Shown here in pieces: positions 13,449 through 26,200 of a stretch of DNA of 64,000 nucleotides; position 1 is the stretch's first letter; each line of letters starts with the position of its first letter. The notes below the pieces were generated by a model. That model was not told where the DNA came from. It saw only the letters and a list, made by a program, of their open reading frames with translations, and made no database searches. Both the position numbers and the translations under genes were made by a program. Source of the stretch: Phoronis australis (Eukaryota > Animalia > Phoronida); contig NMRA01000297.1 in NCBI GenBank assembly GCA_002633005.1, positions 400,993-464,992 on the forward strand, in the 5' to 3' direction.

Positions 13449-14706
13449 GTACCAATTTCTAAATTATCGCTTGTCATTTATATTGTTTGCTAGCTTTCTT
13501 ACTTGTATGACTAAGGCCATATTCGATCACAGATTGACGATCAATTTTCAGACAAACAACGCCGGAGTTCAATACATTTACTTATCGTCGATAACATTGT
13601 TTGGTTGAAATTTGACACAAGATGGCGCTGTTGGATTTCTTTGTTTTGACTTTCCGGAAAGCAACAGTTTCGCTGTCGTTTAAGGAATCTGTCTGAAACT
13701 ATCAAAATATAACACACCTTTATCTTAATATCGTCACCAGTCTTTCCAAAATAAACTTCATCTTCGCTTTTGCCACCATGGTCGTTTTCTCTAATATGCT
13801 AAAACGGTTCAACATTTTGTATTACCTTCAGCTAAACTAATCTCAATTTTATTCATACTACGGTTATGTCAAGGGATTTCTGCTTACAAGAAAAGCTGGC
13901 AGTCCGTTATTGCTGGAGACCACGGTCAATAATTTAGTTGTCTTGACGTAGAAAGTTCGTAGAATGTGATTGTTTACTTCAAACAAATCAGCCATTCAAA
14001 AGTTCACGTGACCATGCTCTTTAAGTAAAATTTAACAAAAAGAAAGGGAATAAGGGCTATATATACCAAAACAACATGATCAATTATCGTTCAAATTTCG
14101 AGTAAAAAAATGTTGGAGATAAAATTTCACCGCCTTTACAGTATTCTAAATTACAATTTCGTTTTCAGCTAATGCCACTTTAACTTTTTTCACAAAAATA
14201 TGTGTCCAATTTGTTGATAGTCCTTCATGCAAAAATTCAATTTGTAAACAATATTGCCACACAGTGTGTTGGAGAAGTGTACAAAAACATAATATCTGAA
14301 AGTTCTAAATGAATTCGTCCAGCGTCTTCGGAGAGACGATGTTCTCAATTTTGCTAAGATTTAAAAAAATCTAGAGTCCTACATAGTGTAACCAGAAGGA
14401 ACATAGTTGAGATGCAACCGGCGACTGGGGTCTGTTTGATGAACGTGATTTAGTCTAACGCTCCCTCTTTACAATTCCTGAAAAGGGTTTACCCTAATAA
14501 TTATGAGAGTATCAGTGTAGTAATAATGTACAGAAATTATCTCAATAGCAAGCAATCATGTGTACATTCTTAGAGACGTTTGTTCAAGTGAGATTTAAAA
14601 AATAGGTATTTAGAGTGTGAAACCAACTTTCTGACGTCACCTTTCATAAAACAGGCCTCTTGCATCTTTTGTGCTGCATAACATGTACTTCCACTTATTT
14701 TATTAG

Positions 14707-14805
14707 ATTGAGCCCACGATAGCGACTGAAGCGTCGTCTGACGATGCCAACTCCAATGCCGGCATTCACAGTACGGTGACCGATCACGAAACTCTGGAGT
14801 CATTG
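14707..14805 (+). CDS. Candidate 99-bp phase-0 N-terminal exon (copy B) of the pLGIC gene
   Basis: ag|IEPTIATEASSDDANSNAGIHSTVTDHETLESL|gt; same length, frame and splice sites as copy A. Confidence 0.5.
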
Positions 14806-15927
14806 GTATATTGTTTTTAAGTACTTGCTTGTGTCAGGAGTAAACCGGCGCTAGTTTAAGTTGTTGCTGTTCTGTTTGCTTACTACCAGATAACCCCTTG
14901 ATTAATGTGAGATCAGGCCACTGACGATGTAATTTCTTTACATGATATTAGAGAATATTCCAGTAGTTTCCTCCAAGTAAGTGGGCCAGGAACATCATAG
15001 AGTCGAATGAAAATATATATACCTTATTCCCGCACTCGCCATTTTAGTAGTGAGCCTCTTTTTAGGTTTAAAAAACAATGCATTTGAGACGTGAATATAA
15101 TGAAGCGCGCGAAAAAATCATGCTTTTTCTCGCAGGCAACTTCGTGGCGATTTGGAATTTTCCCAGGTAAACAAACACAATATTAGTTGCATTAGCAACA
15201 TGCACCGTGTGCTGCCAGATTCATCCCGTGAACTCAATCACAACGAACTCAAGATTGTTCTGTCAAGTTTTAAACAGCACTTGTTTGAATGAATGACTGC
15301 ATAGTGTTTTGAATCTACGGTGCATATTTACTGCGCGAAAATCACAGAACTATGTAAAAATTCTCGTGCACCCAACCCCGGGTCCTTGACTCGTGTGTCC
15401 GAAGCTAGTGTTATAATGTCAGTGATTGTGTAATACATATCAGACAGACCCATGTATTGGCTCTTAACTTCGTGTCTTTAGGCTTGTGAAAGGTGAACAC
15501 GGATTTGTAATGGGAGTTTCCACTAGACTTGGCCTAACTTGTATTACAGAGCACTGAGTCTAACTTCTGTACTACAAACTAGACTTTAAATTTAACCGAG
15601 TTCTCCTCACATTTAGGTGAACTTACACATCTGTACTTGAACCATGTAGTGTGGGACATGTAGGCCATATTTTAGGCCTTGGGTCCGGGAAGGAAAAAGC
15701 GGCCCAGTAGAGAAAATACGCAGCGCACGAGCGCCGATTAGCTCTCAGTGACACCTTTCAGTTCAATACCAAATCAAACGACTTCATTCTTCCCAAAGTT
15801 CACTTTGAGAGTAATCCAGGTGAAGCCAATGTTAGGCATGAGTTTACCATTCACCACATTGTTTTTATTTCAGAGGAACCAAACACGTCATGTAAGTTTT
15901 CAAACATTCTGAAAGGCAAAATACCCC

Positions 15928-16120
15928 ACAATGGGTAATGTGCCTCATGTACATACAGCTAATGCTATCACTTGAACGTGGTCGATTTTGCAGTAATCGT
16001 GTGCTCTATCATAGATATTGTAGTTATGTGAGGCACAATGCACACAATGGGCAAGGGGCCTCATATACATGTACATACAGCTAATGCTAACGCTTGAACG
16101 TGGTCCAATCGTGTGCTTTA
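15928..16120 (+). repeat. Local tandem duplication (~115 bp period)
   Basis: cacaatggg...catgtacatacagctaatgcta...ttgaacgtggtc...atcgtgtgct occurs twice. Confidence 0.7.
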
Positions 16121-16969
16121 CCATAGGCTCCAGAGGTGCATGTAGTAAATGTGCTTACTATCATTTCTGCTTTTGTTCTTGTACTTGCGACATAATCGTC
16201 GCTGGTGGGGTCTCGAACAGTCACACTTGGATTGTAATGGAAAACTCGATTTGTTCCGAGCTTTAAATATAACAAACCGTATTTTAACTTATATGCAGAC
16301 GCATGTATTTTAGGTATAATCACACGTGAATCACTGGAGTTTTTGAAATAATACAATTAGCTGTCAGGGCCTAATAATTCTAAACCTTTGTGCTATGTTT
16401 CTGATCACTGCACGCGAGTAGTGTAACTCGCCATTTTGGTTGGTCTCTGAATAAATTGTCCCAAAACGTCCACAACCCTTTCCAGTTCCTTAAATGGATA
16501 TCTTGTTCTTGCAGCATCTCCGCCCAAGAGAGATTGTCTGGTGCGACACACCAGCTTTTAAGTACTTTGTCGAAGCAAACACTGTCTCAATTATGGGTCT
16601 CCAATTGTGGTTGATTTAAGCTCTGTCTTTCTGCCGTTCGCTCGGCAATTATGAACCCCAAGCAAAACAACTGCTATCATATAATGTACCACCAAGGAAA
16701 ACTATCCACTAAAGGTTTCTTTAGATTCTTCCACTACAACGTTTATGGGTAACGCCAATAAGCGACGAGATTGAGCTCACAAGAACATTTTTTTCTTCGA
16801 AATATTTCTTATCAAAGCTGTCTGTTGATTTTACAATGAATTGTGCTTTTCGTTTAGACACAATTCACTTCGTCTGTCATCCACCGGCATATCTATGGTT
16901 GTCCGCCATAGACCTAATTCACGCCGACAGGAGGCTCGTTCCAAAACGAGGCTCGCTACGATAGATCTG

Positions 16970-17105
16970 TTGGCTTATCGGCATACTGGTTGTATTCTGC
17001 GTTGCTCGAACGGCTAGTAAAGTGTCTGTTTTACAATCCCTAAGGACGTTGAGATTCGGAAGCGTTGGGTCGCTGTCATAAGTCGCGACGAAGGAAAATA
17101 TGTAC
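16970..17105 (+). mobile_element. Degenerate THAP-domain remnant (DNA transposon debris)
   Basis: HTGCILRCSNG*...F-TIPKDVEIRKRWVAVISRDEG resembles the THAP CxxxC...FPKD...W...R signature; interrupted by stops. Confidence 0.5.
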
Positions 17106-20085
17106 GTGTAAAATTTATAAATGTTTTCGAAAAGTTAGATCATTTTGTCGCATCTCCGTTGCCGAGCAATAGCAACGACCGCGGAAGAATCTTTTGCCAG
17201 CCGGGCTGTGTTTTCATGACTGCGGGTTGAAAGATGATGCATTTTTCTTTTCGAAAAGGTTAGGGCCCTCAATCTCTCGATTTTGAGGCTGAATATTCCC
17301 CTCTCAAAAATATTGAAAATCCCCCAAATTCCCCCCACGAGGCCCTAAAAATCCCCTAGTGATTGCAAAGTTCCGTCTCCCGCGAAGTTCAAATCACCTG
17401 TAACCACTAAAAGTGACAATTTGAAAGAGCACAAAATGGTACTTGATACAGAGCCTATGAGAGCTTGAAATAGGGCGGGGGTGCTATTGATGATAATGGG
17501 AGGTAGTTTTTTCTCCTCATTCGGCGAAAAAATGACCCTCTTAGTCAGAAGTACCTTTCCCCTCGGATGAACGAGGCTCCTAAACAAACATGAAAACTAT
17601 GCTTGCTCTGTTCAGTTAACTGAAATTGGGCACTAAAATGAGGTTATGCTTTGGACAAACGAATTACTGAACTCAATATTTCCTCACGCTTCACGCTCGT
17701 GTTGTTTCATTTTGCTTCCGGCAGCCAAGGGGGGACGTGTGCCCCCTCCCTTAATCCGCATATGTATTAAAACCAAGAAAGAAGAATTGATGGTCAAATA
17801 ATTACTTGTGAATTTGTGCAAAGGAGTGAATGAGAACCTGGATATAATGCGAAAGCGATTCTCGGGGGTTGTGCTCGTTTTTTTTCAAAATTTAATAAAA
17901 TGGTCAAATAACTGTTATTTTCAATGACGAGACTGATTTTTTATTTAAATAAAAAATATTTAATGACATCAGTTATTCTTTCAGGTCAATGACAAATCAA
18001 CTGTTAGTCCCGGTTGTCCCCACCTCACCAGGAGCTAGGCTATGCTTTATGTTAATATTCTTGATCAACAAATTAAACCAGATGTGACTCACATGCATGA
18101 CAGCAAAATGCGGAGCCACCCCTGTCGAATATATTTTCAACTCGTCAACAATACAAGCAGGTTACCTGGTTCGTGTAAAAAGCATTTTTATCAACAATTT
18201 ACAAGAAAAAACGTAGCCCAAGCATAATACCTAATCCGTTACACTACGATTGCCGCAGTTTGGTCATATTTAATTTCATTTTTCGAACCTAGTTTTCCGA
18301 AAAAACTTATACCTTTTGCCAGACAACTCTTTGATGCATTGACTTGTTCTCTAATGTGTTTTTCTACGTATCTGTGGTTAATTATTGACACAATTTTAAG
18401 ATTTAATATCCAGGTTGGACTCGAAAGACCGGCCATTTAACTAACGCAATGTCAACTTCCGCTTTGTTTATCGCAGTGAGACTCACTTTGGATTTTAATG
18501 TCCGCCGCGTGAATTAGGTCTATTGCCTGTAATGTATTACAGCCACATGTACACGTAATGACATTTGCCGTCGGGTGGGTTTTAAAACGGTTATGGATGA
18601 AATGGATACACTAAATTGAATGGAACAGCGGTTCCACTTTATAAGTGACGGGTCCGCTGGTGTAATTTTGGCTCGGTCCACCTTCAGTTTTAGGTTCATG
18701 TAGTTAATAATCAAATGTGGGAGAAGTAAGATTTCCAAACAGTGTTTCGTTTCGTTGTCAATCGCTATCTAAACTCGTTTTCAACAGAAAAACGTTTATC
18801 TCGTGAGACAAGATTCTTCGACGCCCTTCTAATTTTTGTCAACAACCAATTTTTTGCCAGGATAATCTTCCAACACCTAAAACAAGTATAGTGTGCCGCT
18901 ACCTATAAGCGGACACTAACTCGATACAGGATTTCTCTACTTGTTTGGTTTTTGATTTTTATCTCAACCATTTTCAGAAGACTGACTCATGTCAAGCTCT
19001 GGTTGTGGAAATTCGATGATATCGCACTGATAATAGTGAACGCTAAGCTTTTGTTCCGATGAAATCACTTCGCTTGTCAGCCTAAAAAGCATCACCGAAT
19101 GAAGCAACGCTCGCAGTTCAAGGGAAATAATTTAAATGTAATCGCCGATAGAAGGGTCTATATACCCAGTAGATTGGCACCCCCTGACATGATGAGCAGA
19201 CATGCGAAACTTTGATTAGGGTTGTATGCTTTATGTTGATGCCTATGGTGTTTTCTATGACACAAGATTAAAATTAATGGTCACCGATTTGGCTTTTAGG
19301 TGTTAAGCTTAGATATTGTCACAAAAAATTGTGCAAATTTCAAGGTCACAATTACCTCCGCTGCATTGCACTAGATAGAACTCGGTTACGTTGTTGGAAT
19401 TACGAAATTATTTCTTTTGAGTAATCTAACTCAATTAGTTTTGTTTTCAGTAAAGTCAAATTTGCCGTTTAAATTTAGCTAAATTGGGCTCGGTTGGGCA
19501 CAAAAGGCTCACTGCTTTTCACATTTGTTTTGATTTACTGCCTTTCAATATATACAGGTGTATTTGAGGACGAAGACTGTCGCTTTGTTTATAGGCGTAT
19601 CACACCTTATGAAATTAAAACATCGTGTTGCTCTAGCTTGCTAAAAATCAAAATCGAGTTAAGCTTTTATTCTCATAAAATCGGTCTCATAATTTTCCTT
19701 ACTGTTATAGGATTCCATTTCAGTTATCAGCGCACGTAACAGGTAACGTGTTCATGGCCTTTTGCTAATCACACTTTTAGGATTGGCCAGTCACTGCAAA
19801 ATCTGAAGCTTTTTCTTGAGTCGCTGATGGGTAAGATGTTCTTGGTAGTAACGGAGCACGAACCATATAAAGAATATTTAGAAAGCATTTTAATGAGAAT
19901 CAAAGACGGACTTTGATTTTCATTTTATGTCACCAAACAGGGCGCGACACAGCTTTAAAAATGGATGAAAACAACAAGACATTGTTTTGAGCGTGGATTC
20001 TCAGTTGTGACTAGCAGAATCCGAGGAATGTTTTACGTCGCCTTCTTGTACTTATGAGACACGTGTTCCATCTCTTTGATTTTAG

Positions 20086-20214
20086 AAAGATGTGGTAGTC
20101 AGGGCCGACTTCTTAAAGGTTTACCAGGTAGACACGAAAGCTAACCATTTTGCATGTGACGTTATAATAGAAGGAAGATGGTTGGAGCCTACTCTCAAAG
20201 GGAAGACAGAAAGC
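20086..20214 (+). CDS. pLGIC exon (beta1-beta2)
   Basis: tttag|KDVVVRADFLKVYQVDTKANHFACDVIIEGRWLEPTLKGKTES|gtaagc. Confidence 0.85.
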
Positions 20215-23200
20215 GTAAGCTTGTTGTTGGTGTTTTAACTTATTCATTGCTTCTCCAGTAAAGTTCAAGATATGGTTTCTACTTAATGTAATTCCCTCTG
20301 CAGTAAGCTTGTAACGCCATCAAATGAAAATAACTCATTTTTAAAATGCATGCACTTGGACTTGGAGTTTCATTTTTCAAAATGACCAAGAAAGCTTAGT
20401 TTGGAAAGACTGTATTTGAAAAAATCTGAATGAAAGATGACATCTCTCTACTGTCATTTTCATTTGGTTTAGATATACATGTATGAGAGACGCAAAATAC
20501 TTTTAAGATAAAAATACCCTTTTCCATAGCAATTGCTTGCGCTAGAAGAAACCTACCAGAATATCTGGGACCCTTCGCTTCTACTGCTGAATCTGGATGG
20601 TCAGCCAGCCGCAGACGAAATTTGGTATGAGATCGAAATGTCACCTTCAGACGTACCGGTGATCATTTACAAAAGAAAAGTGACGAAGGGAATATTCTTT
20701 GTCAAGCTGCAACTTCGTCAATTTCCATTTGACATCCAGGTAAATTGGATTTAAAGTAATTTGAGTATTTTAAAATCTGGTTGGATTAGGGCTATAGAAA
20801 TAAGTGCAGGTAAGAGTAACCATGGCAACTGCGTGACGTCAATAGAGATTGTGATGATGGTCTCGATAGAAGTCTTGGGACGTGGAGCTTTATATTCTTT
20901 TTGTTTTGTTTACGACGATTGAAGCAACCCCTACAATTTTTTTTTTCAGGAACTTCCAGTTTGCGTTATGTCCGAGCTCTCAGCCGAGGAGCTGTCCTTG
21001 GTCGTTTCTGGTGACGGCATCGTCAGCCCACGCAGTTCTATCTGTTTACAGAAGTTCCGCGACAAAGATACATTTGATTTGTTCAGGAATGTCACCACGA
21101 AGGTAAGAGTTGTTCAACATAGACGTCGCACATCACATCTGACGCAAACAAGTCAAGATATTTTTTGAAATTCATCCTGGTACGGGAATTGGGGACAGTT
21201 AGACATATAGAAGATCTTAAACCCAGTCGCAAAGCGTCTAAAGCCGAGCACCGTACCAGTGACTGCTGGCAACTCATCGGAGACAACTTTAACATCCTTT
21301 GTCGCAGAGATAATAACTCTTGGGCTGTCTCTGGTGAGTCCATTCATTCTTGAATGATGTTGAGGTAAAAATAAATCCGCATCTTTTAAGTCATCGCCCA
21401 TAAAATTTGAGTAATGAGTTGCGGCCACCAATCAAATGCTATAACATGAGAAGTTTCAATTGGCAGATGAATGTAGGAAATTGTGATTGAAATATGAAAA
21501 CAATAACAACCATAACGACAAAAAGCATATTTGTGTTTTTATTTTGGTATTCATCTGGGTAACGTACAACGTCATACACCGAATTACTTTTTTCATTTTG
21601 GTATTCATCTGGGTAACACAAAACGTTATACACTGATTTACTTGTCTTTTCATGTTGGTATTTACCTGGGTAACACACACCATTATACACTGATTTACTT
21701 GTGTTTTCAATTTGGTATTCATCTGGGTAATGTACATGTACAATGTTATACAATGATTTCTTGCCAAAAAGCAGACTGCGACAATTAGATGCCACTGTTG
21801 CCATTAATCTTGTGCCGTCATACATCAACATGGTCTTTTTAATGGGGAAAACAGTACGCGGTCACTGCATAACTGTATTGGCGATGAAACAAAGCCCGTA
21901 TTTGTTACCAAACCAAGGGAGATGAGTTTAAAGTGCGATTGTAATATAAGACCCACGAGATTGATCGTCATTTTCGTTGTCGTAGTTGCATTCCTTCTGC
22001 TTACTTTGCCTCGGTGAAGGTAACTCAACCAGGTGATCCATGTGGGTGTATTTATTTCATGGAAATCTGGCGAAATTGTTTTACAAATTAACCAATTGTA
22101 CGAGTCAGTAACTTTTCAGGAAAAAAAACATTTTAAGAGTGGCGAGTGTGCCGCTGAATCCACCGATACCAAGAAATCGCGTCATCACAGGTTCAACAAA
22201 GCGAGGAGGTACAAGTTAAGAAAGAGCGAAGTCGTCATCAGCTGTTTTGTTTCCAGAAATTTCAAATATTGGTTGTACAATACGTATATTCTGTTAGTAA
22301 GTAGACCAGTTCCATATTGTTGTTAGCTGGAAAGACAACTACGTTGATTACCTATGCAAAAGCAAAGCACATATACTAATTAGGCTTAAGTTTTTACAAC
22401 TTTTTTGTCGCAAACATCCACACGTGTTTTCCAGATGAACATACAAGAAACGGTTACAGTTGCTTAGCGTGTTGCATATCAAATAATGCTAGAACAGTTC
22501 CTACTCATACCTAGCCGTTTTCCGGTGCTCAGGAATAGGTTTCGAGTTACACACAACTAGTCAGTTTTAGTTTTTAAACTGCAATCGATGACATGCTGCA
22601 ATTTAGTCTATTTCATGAGTGAAGCTCTGTAACCTACTTGTATGTATTTCAAGGTGGTTCTTGGTGTAATGTCCTTTGCACCGTTCGCCTTCAAATCAGA
22701 TCAAACTAACGACAGAATGGGGCTGACCCTCGAACTCTTTCTCACGTGTGTCGCCACAAAGATGTCGCTGGGACCAGAACTACCTCCAATAACCTATCTA
22801 ACATTCCTGGTATGAAAACCTCTTGAAGCGTGGTATTAGTTTTGATTCTAAGATGTGACATTGCTACGTATAGATGTTATTTCCATGTCACCAACTGTGC
22901 CTTACTATGACCGCGACACAGTTCTTTGAATTCCAATTACCCCGTATTGGTGTACGTTGTTGCCCTGCATCGTGTATCATTAGAAAAAGAAACTCACCGT
23001 ATTTCTCTAAACCCTGGACAGAAATCCACTGAAATACAGTTTTCCAGAATTCACTGTTTATGTCTTTAAAAAATCTCGTAGTAATTTTGTCAAAGCCATT
23101 TTCAAAATACGAATACAAATCACGTTCACGTCCAGCAACAAGCAACGGTTTAAAACGAACATGGAAAACACCAGCTAGGCGTTTGAATACGGTAAATGCT

Positions 23201-26200
23201 GCTAATGAAGTTATTCGGCACAATGTATTATCATCTCTGGTACTTAGCTTTGCGGTTACTTGGTGGCGGAGTAAGTATTAAGGGCAATTCCATATAAAAA
23301 CCAGATGGTGAGCTATATATGCAAAATCACTAATTTTTTTGAAACTAAGCACATCAGCTGGCCTTGTCAAAAGCAATCTGAGCCTGTTTATTAACCCTTT
23401 TTACGACAACTTTATACTTTTTCTGAAAAATAACAAATAAAAGTACTGGGAAGTAGGTGACTTTTTGTCAGCGACAACACATTATCGCTTCATGTTATAG
23501 AAAAAAATAACTCTAACTAGGTTTAGTGTATGTTGCATTTCCACACAACACTTCAAAAAACGGCATTTCGTTTGAAGAAAACAAGAGCTACTGAAAACCA
23601 AAGTCATTTTCTTTTGCTCAGTACGCATGTCTAAGATAGACATTTCCCAAAACTAAATAATCCTTTAAAAATCTCAGTACTTTTAATATCTTTAAAATCA
23701 ATCATGCACCCCATTCTGACCCGATAAACGCATAGGCCTATCAGGTTTGTGCACCTGGGCAGCCAGTAAGTCGAAAGTTGTCAGCGACAGCTAATACAAT
23801 ATTCTGAACTAAAGTCATGATCTATTGACCCAGGCCAACAGTTGTGATAAATATGAAGTAACTTTTTAGCAACTGCACCAGCAAGTACTAACAAATCAAA
23901 TTGGCGAAAAATCCATTGCGACATGCGAAAGTCAACGCCTCGCTCAATCTCCTGCTTCGTTCTAGCTGTGTGTTCTGGATAGCAGAGTGTCAATTTTTAT
24001 CTAAAGCCAAGTCCAAACTCATGTCGATGTGTAAAACATGTAACGGCGCATTTCCAATAGTTTGCCAGTCCAGCCTCCTCTCTCACAGCATGGAACTCTC
24101 CGGCTCTGGCAAGAATCAACTGCAATTCCGATATACATGTACTTCCAAAATTCTGTGGCACTTCGCACGACCTCAGATGACTTCCGACGTCTTCAACACA
24201 GCTAATGAAGGCCACATTTCCTCCGCGATCACAGTTTTGTAACGCAAATTGACCAAATGTACAAGAAGGAAATTGCTCCAAATTCTTTGCAGTGACAGGA
24301 AGTGCTATTGGCAAAGTTAAACAAAGCATGGAGTGTTTCAGAAAATTGGGGACTCAAAAGTGAAACTTAAATTTTGTGATAATGCTGATATTAGATCAGG
24401 TGATAACAAAACTGAACTAATTTACCAACATCCATATTCTGCAGAATATTGTTCTTCATAACTTCAAACTGACCGAGACCCGTCGGCCAAAGGCTCGAGC
24501 TACGGCCACAAGGGTTGGAATTCCTAGATGGCTCTGGTACGCTTCCACGCACAACAATTCGCGAAAACGGGGTTCTATTCGAGGTCCAAATTCATGAAAA
24601 GGGATAAAATGACCACATCTCTAAAAATTATGGATATGGTGAAAACTTCCAGTGGAATCACGCGAGCAAACACTCGATGTTTCTCACTTCCCCGAACACC
24701 CCCCCCCCGGGGGGCGCGCATGTCGTGTAATGTTGAAAATCTGACTCGATGTATTCTTACCATCTTGGAATATTCTTTTGATTCATAATCTAGTTTTCGA
24801 ATGGTCCTGCTATAAACTACCCAACCTACTCTATTTACAATACATAATACACCCAACAATGTTCGCAGGATTTCTACCTCTTCGGAGTGTTTGGTATAAT
24901 TGCACTCCAAGCCCTGCAGTTCGCCGTCGCCTCGAAGTGGGTTAAAATGAATGAGGACGGGAAAAGAGTCACTGAAGATATGGACGCCTATGGACTTCGG
25001 ATAATGGGCGGAGTTGTGGTGATATTCAACATCTGTTACCTTCTACTTGTGGCTATTGCGGTGGGTGGCAGCTTTTTATATACGTTATGTCGCGCACGTG
25101 AAGATAACTTGGGTCCTGTCCAGGGGCGGATCCAGGATTTTTAGTAAGAGGGAACCAGAGCAGAGTATTAGCCAGCATTTTGGCCGTGAGATATTCACAC
25201 CCCCGAACTGCCAAATGAAATCTGGGAGAATTTTAGGGGGCAAGGCCCCCTTGGCCCCCCTCTAAGTCCGCCAATGCTGTCAAAGATTAGCGGTTCGGTA
25301 ATCTGTCATGAACCGTGTTCAAGTGACAACAAAAAGGCGAAAAACGCTATTTGCAAACGTACATTAGCAGTAATGTTGGAAGGTGATATCTCAGGTGATC
25401 GCAGAAGCGATATGGAGTCGACACGAAAACCCCGATGTAAAAACCGACGCTAACATATTTCACAGCAATCGGTCATTCATGTATATCATCTTCTCAGTGT
25501 TATTTTCATACGCTGAAGGCCCTCTCACACATTGCCGGTTCAAACTGGGCTTCATGGCACCGCGGCAATTCATTGTCACACATCGCAGAGGAACATATTA
25601 ACGCAGTAAGCAGTGTATAAACCCCGATCATCAGGAATTAAACTGCAATGCATAGCGAGGGCCGCAACATCCGCCAAGAATGAACGCGGTCAATTTACCT
25701 TGCCATGTTGGCGGTTTGGAAAGGGCGGTGTGCAATCGTTTTCACCGTGTCATAAACGTCAGCCTCCGTGAAGGTTCCAAAATTTCCGAGGTACATGTAG
25801 CATCGTTTTACAACCCCGTCCAGCAGAGCAAGCGTCATCCACTAGTAAGCATGTATATGTGGGGCAGGGGGTAGATGGGGCAATTATCCCGGACCCTCTA
25901 CAAACAGATAATCTTCAACAAAGTTAGGTGTAGATTAAACTTTTGAGAAATTCTATCATCCTACCTCAGGCTAACAAAGTGCACTAGTGGATTTCTATCA
26001 CTTTAAAATGAGTCAGTGCACCCCCTCTCCCCTCCTCCCCTACTGTTCACCATCCTACTGGACTGACAAACATGACCTGGTGCCAACACACCAGCTGACG
26101 TGTAGTAGAAGATCAAGGTCGTTAACCACGCGGGTGAACACAATATCAAGCATATCCAAGCAGCATCAAACAATCCACGCTTTTTCCAAAACAAGTTTAC

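Noticed and set aside
19711-19830. Candidate pLGIC exons 19711-19742 and 19781-19830
   Set aside because: Good splice signals, but the intron would be 38 bp and the combined length does not give the phase 0 needed at 20086
21525-21755. Repetitive ORFs (YPDEYQNEK repeats)
   Set aside because: Translation of an intronic minisatellite inside the pLGIC gene
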